Assembly (NCBI GenBank): GCA_041671645.1
Contig: JBAZBD010000001.1
Span: forward strand, 479,234 to 543,233
DNA: 64,000 nt
Reading direction: 5' to 3'
Source of the DNA: Patescibacteria group bacterium
Lineage (GTDB): Bacteria; Patescibacteriota; UBA1384; XYA2-FULL-43-10; 1-14-0-10-43-13
In this document: in pieces, positions 63,399 to 64,000 of the stretch
Layout: each line of letters begins with the position of its first letter
Numbering within the stretch: position 1 is the first letter of the stretch
Notes under the pieces: model-generated
The model's input: the letters and a program-made list of their open reading frames with translations, nothing else
The model's database searches: none
What the model was told of the DNA's origin: nothing
Translations under genes and position numbers: made by a program

Positions 63399-63690
63399 GT
63401 AGATACATATCTACCTACTCTCCTTCACCAAACGATAAACGTTCGCTTGATTAAATGATCATACAAAATTTGTGTTGGCCTGTCTAGAGAATTTGTCCAC
63501 AGAAATGATTAATTAAATTTGCCACAAAAAAACCGCCCCGATATTGGATCGAGACGGTTAATTCTTTAGTGCCCCTTACCCATTTTTTTGAAAGGGTGAG
63601 GGGTCATCAAAGAACTTTGAAGTTGCTCAAATTGAGCGTTTCAACAGCTCAATTATAACATATCTGTGCTCAATAAGTCAATAGGTATGG

Positions 63691-64000
63691 TTATTTCAAC
63701 AAATCGTTCAATTTGGATTCGATTTCCTCAATCGGTCTCATCCCAACCATAGTCTCGACCAATTTGCCGTCGTTGAATAATATCAATGTTGGTACGCTCA
63801 TGACATCGTAATTGATGGCTACCTCTTTGAGTTCATCAATATCAACTTTGACTATTTCGACCTTGTCGATGTTTTTGTACGTCTTTGCAAAGTCGTCTAG
63901 AATCATGCCCATCATTTGGCATGGGCCGCACCAAGTGGCAAAAAAATCGACCAGAACTGGCTTTTTCACATCAATATTCTTCTTGAACTCTTCTTCCGTA
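63691..64000 (-). CDS. trxA: Thioredoxin (5' end truncated by window edge)
   Basis: …EEEFKKNIDVKKPVLVDFFATWCGPCQMMGMILDDFAKTY…VPTLILF. The open frame continues past nt 64000, and the track's GTG start at 63969 is internal. Downstream minus-strand hairpin + T7 at ~63528-63560. Confidence 0.85.
   Translation of the reverse strand, partial: TEEEFKKNIDVKKPVLVDFFATWCGPCQMMGMILDDFAKTYKNIDKVEIVKVDIDELKEVAINYDVMSVPTLILFNDGKLVETMVGMRPIEEIESKLNDLLK

Noticed and set aside
62728-63454. Plus-strand ORFs 62728..63183 (151 aa) and 63119..63454 (111 aa)
   Set aside because: They have no RBS and give Cys/Ser/Pro-rich low-complexity translations. The first begins inside the helicase start region on the opposite strand. 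Signals on the minus strand (promoter, terminators, SD-led small ORFs) explain the region better.
62737-63690. RNase P RNA, tmRNA or SRP RNA in the GC-rich ORF-poor segment
   Set aside because: I looked on both strands for GGAAAGTCCGG / AGGGTGAAA…GGTAAGAGC (RNase P), a tRNA-like T-arm GGTTCGANTCC plus tag reading frame (tmRNA), and AGGTCAGG…GGAAGCAGC (SRP). None was found, so the region is reported only as unassigned structured/small-ORF DNA.
1-64000. CRISPR arrays, tRNA genes, rRNA genes, transposases/integrases
   Set aside because: I found no direct repeats of 25 nt or more with regular spacers, no GTTCGAATCC-type T-arms in cloverleaf context, no rRNA-like sequence, and no ORF with a DDE/tyrosine-recombinase signature.

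Overview
This 64 kb window is a low-GC (~42-45%), compact bacterial chromosome segment that looks like a small-genome organism (Patescibacteria/CPR-like) using the standard genetic code. Support for that: a complete RF2 gene in a single frame, a short Mfd lacking the N-terminal domains, AT-rich intergenic regions and Shine-Dalgarno sites of the AAGGAGG type. Every gene call rests on motifs I recognised in the six-frame track and on signals read directly in the DNA; nothing was searched against a database.

Core content, in order:
- a type IV pilin/pseudopilin operon with the PilD prepilin peptidase
- RNase H
- a CapA-like fusion protein
- ileS and an FtsW/RodA family gene
- rplU-secE-nusG-rplK
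- a short mfd, dprA, topA, an HD-domain gene and recR
- cysS and dus
- a surface-protein island with two paralogous DUF11-repeat proteins, one carrying an LPKTG sortase signal
- prfB, an M50-like membrane protease, ybaB and pth
- rplA (with an unusual K/E-rich N-terminal extension), rplJ and rplL; these are split from rplK, and rpoB/rpoC do not follow rplL
- tgt
- on the minus strand: a DUF1290 (Sbp-like) protein, secF, secD, an RHH-nucleotidyltransferase fusion, rluD, a polysaccharide deacetylase, rmuC, a DUF3467 protein, a UvrD-like helicase fused to a Cas4/AddB-type nuclease domain, and a trxA cut by the window end

The most unusual content:
1. An ~800 bp ORF-free locus at 36495-37296 with two perfect sigma70 consensus promoters. 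Each drives a paralogous structured small RNA that shares a C-rich, anti-Shine-Dalgarno-like core (CAUGGGUACCCCCUCCACCYGUG).
2. A 15 kb block of unassignable genes at 37297-52477. It contains a 1728-aa acidic giant protein, two paralogous membrane-anchored FtsK/HerA/TraD-superfamily ATPases that resemble type IV secretion coupling proteins, and a sigma-70 region-4-like HTH protein. I propose it as a candidate type IV secretion-like transfer or host-interaction system.
3. A GC-rich structured element between cysS and dus.
4. Heptamer tandem repeats sitting directly upstream of start codons, and a GTCGAAA-type repeat inserted into the tgt and ileS coding sequences.
5. A GC-rich, ORF-poor 0.95 kb segment upstream of the helicase with small unannotated ORFs and strong promoter and terminator signals.

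No tRNA, rRNA, CRISPR array, transposase or integrase was recognisable.
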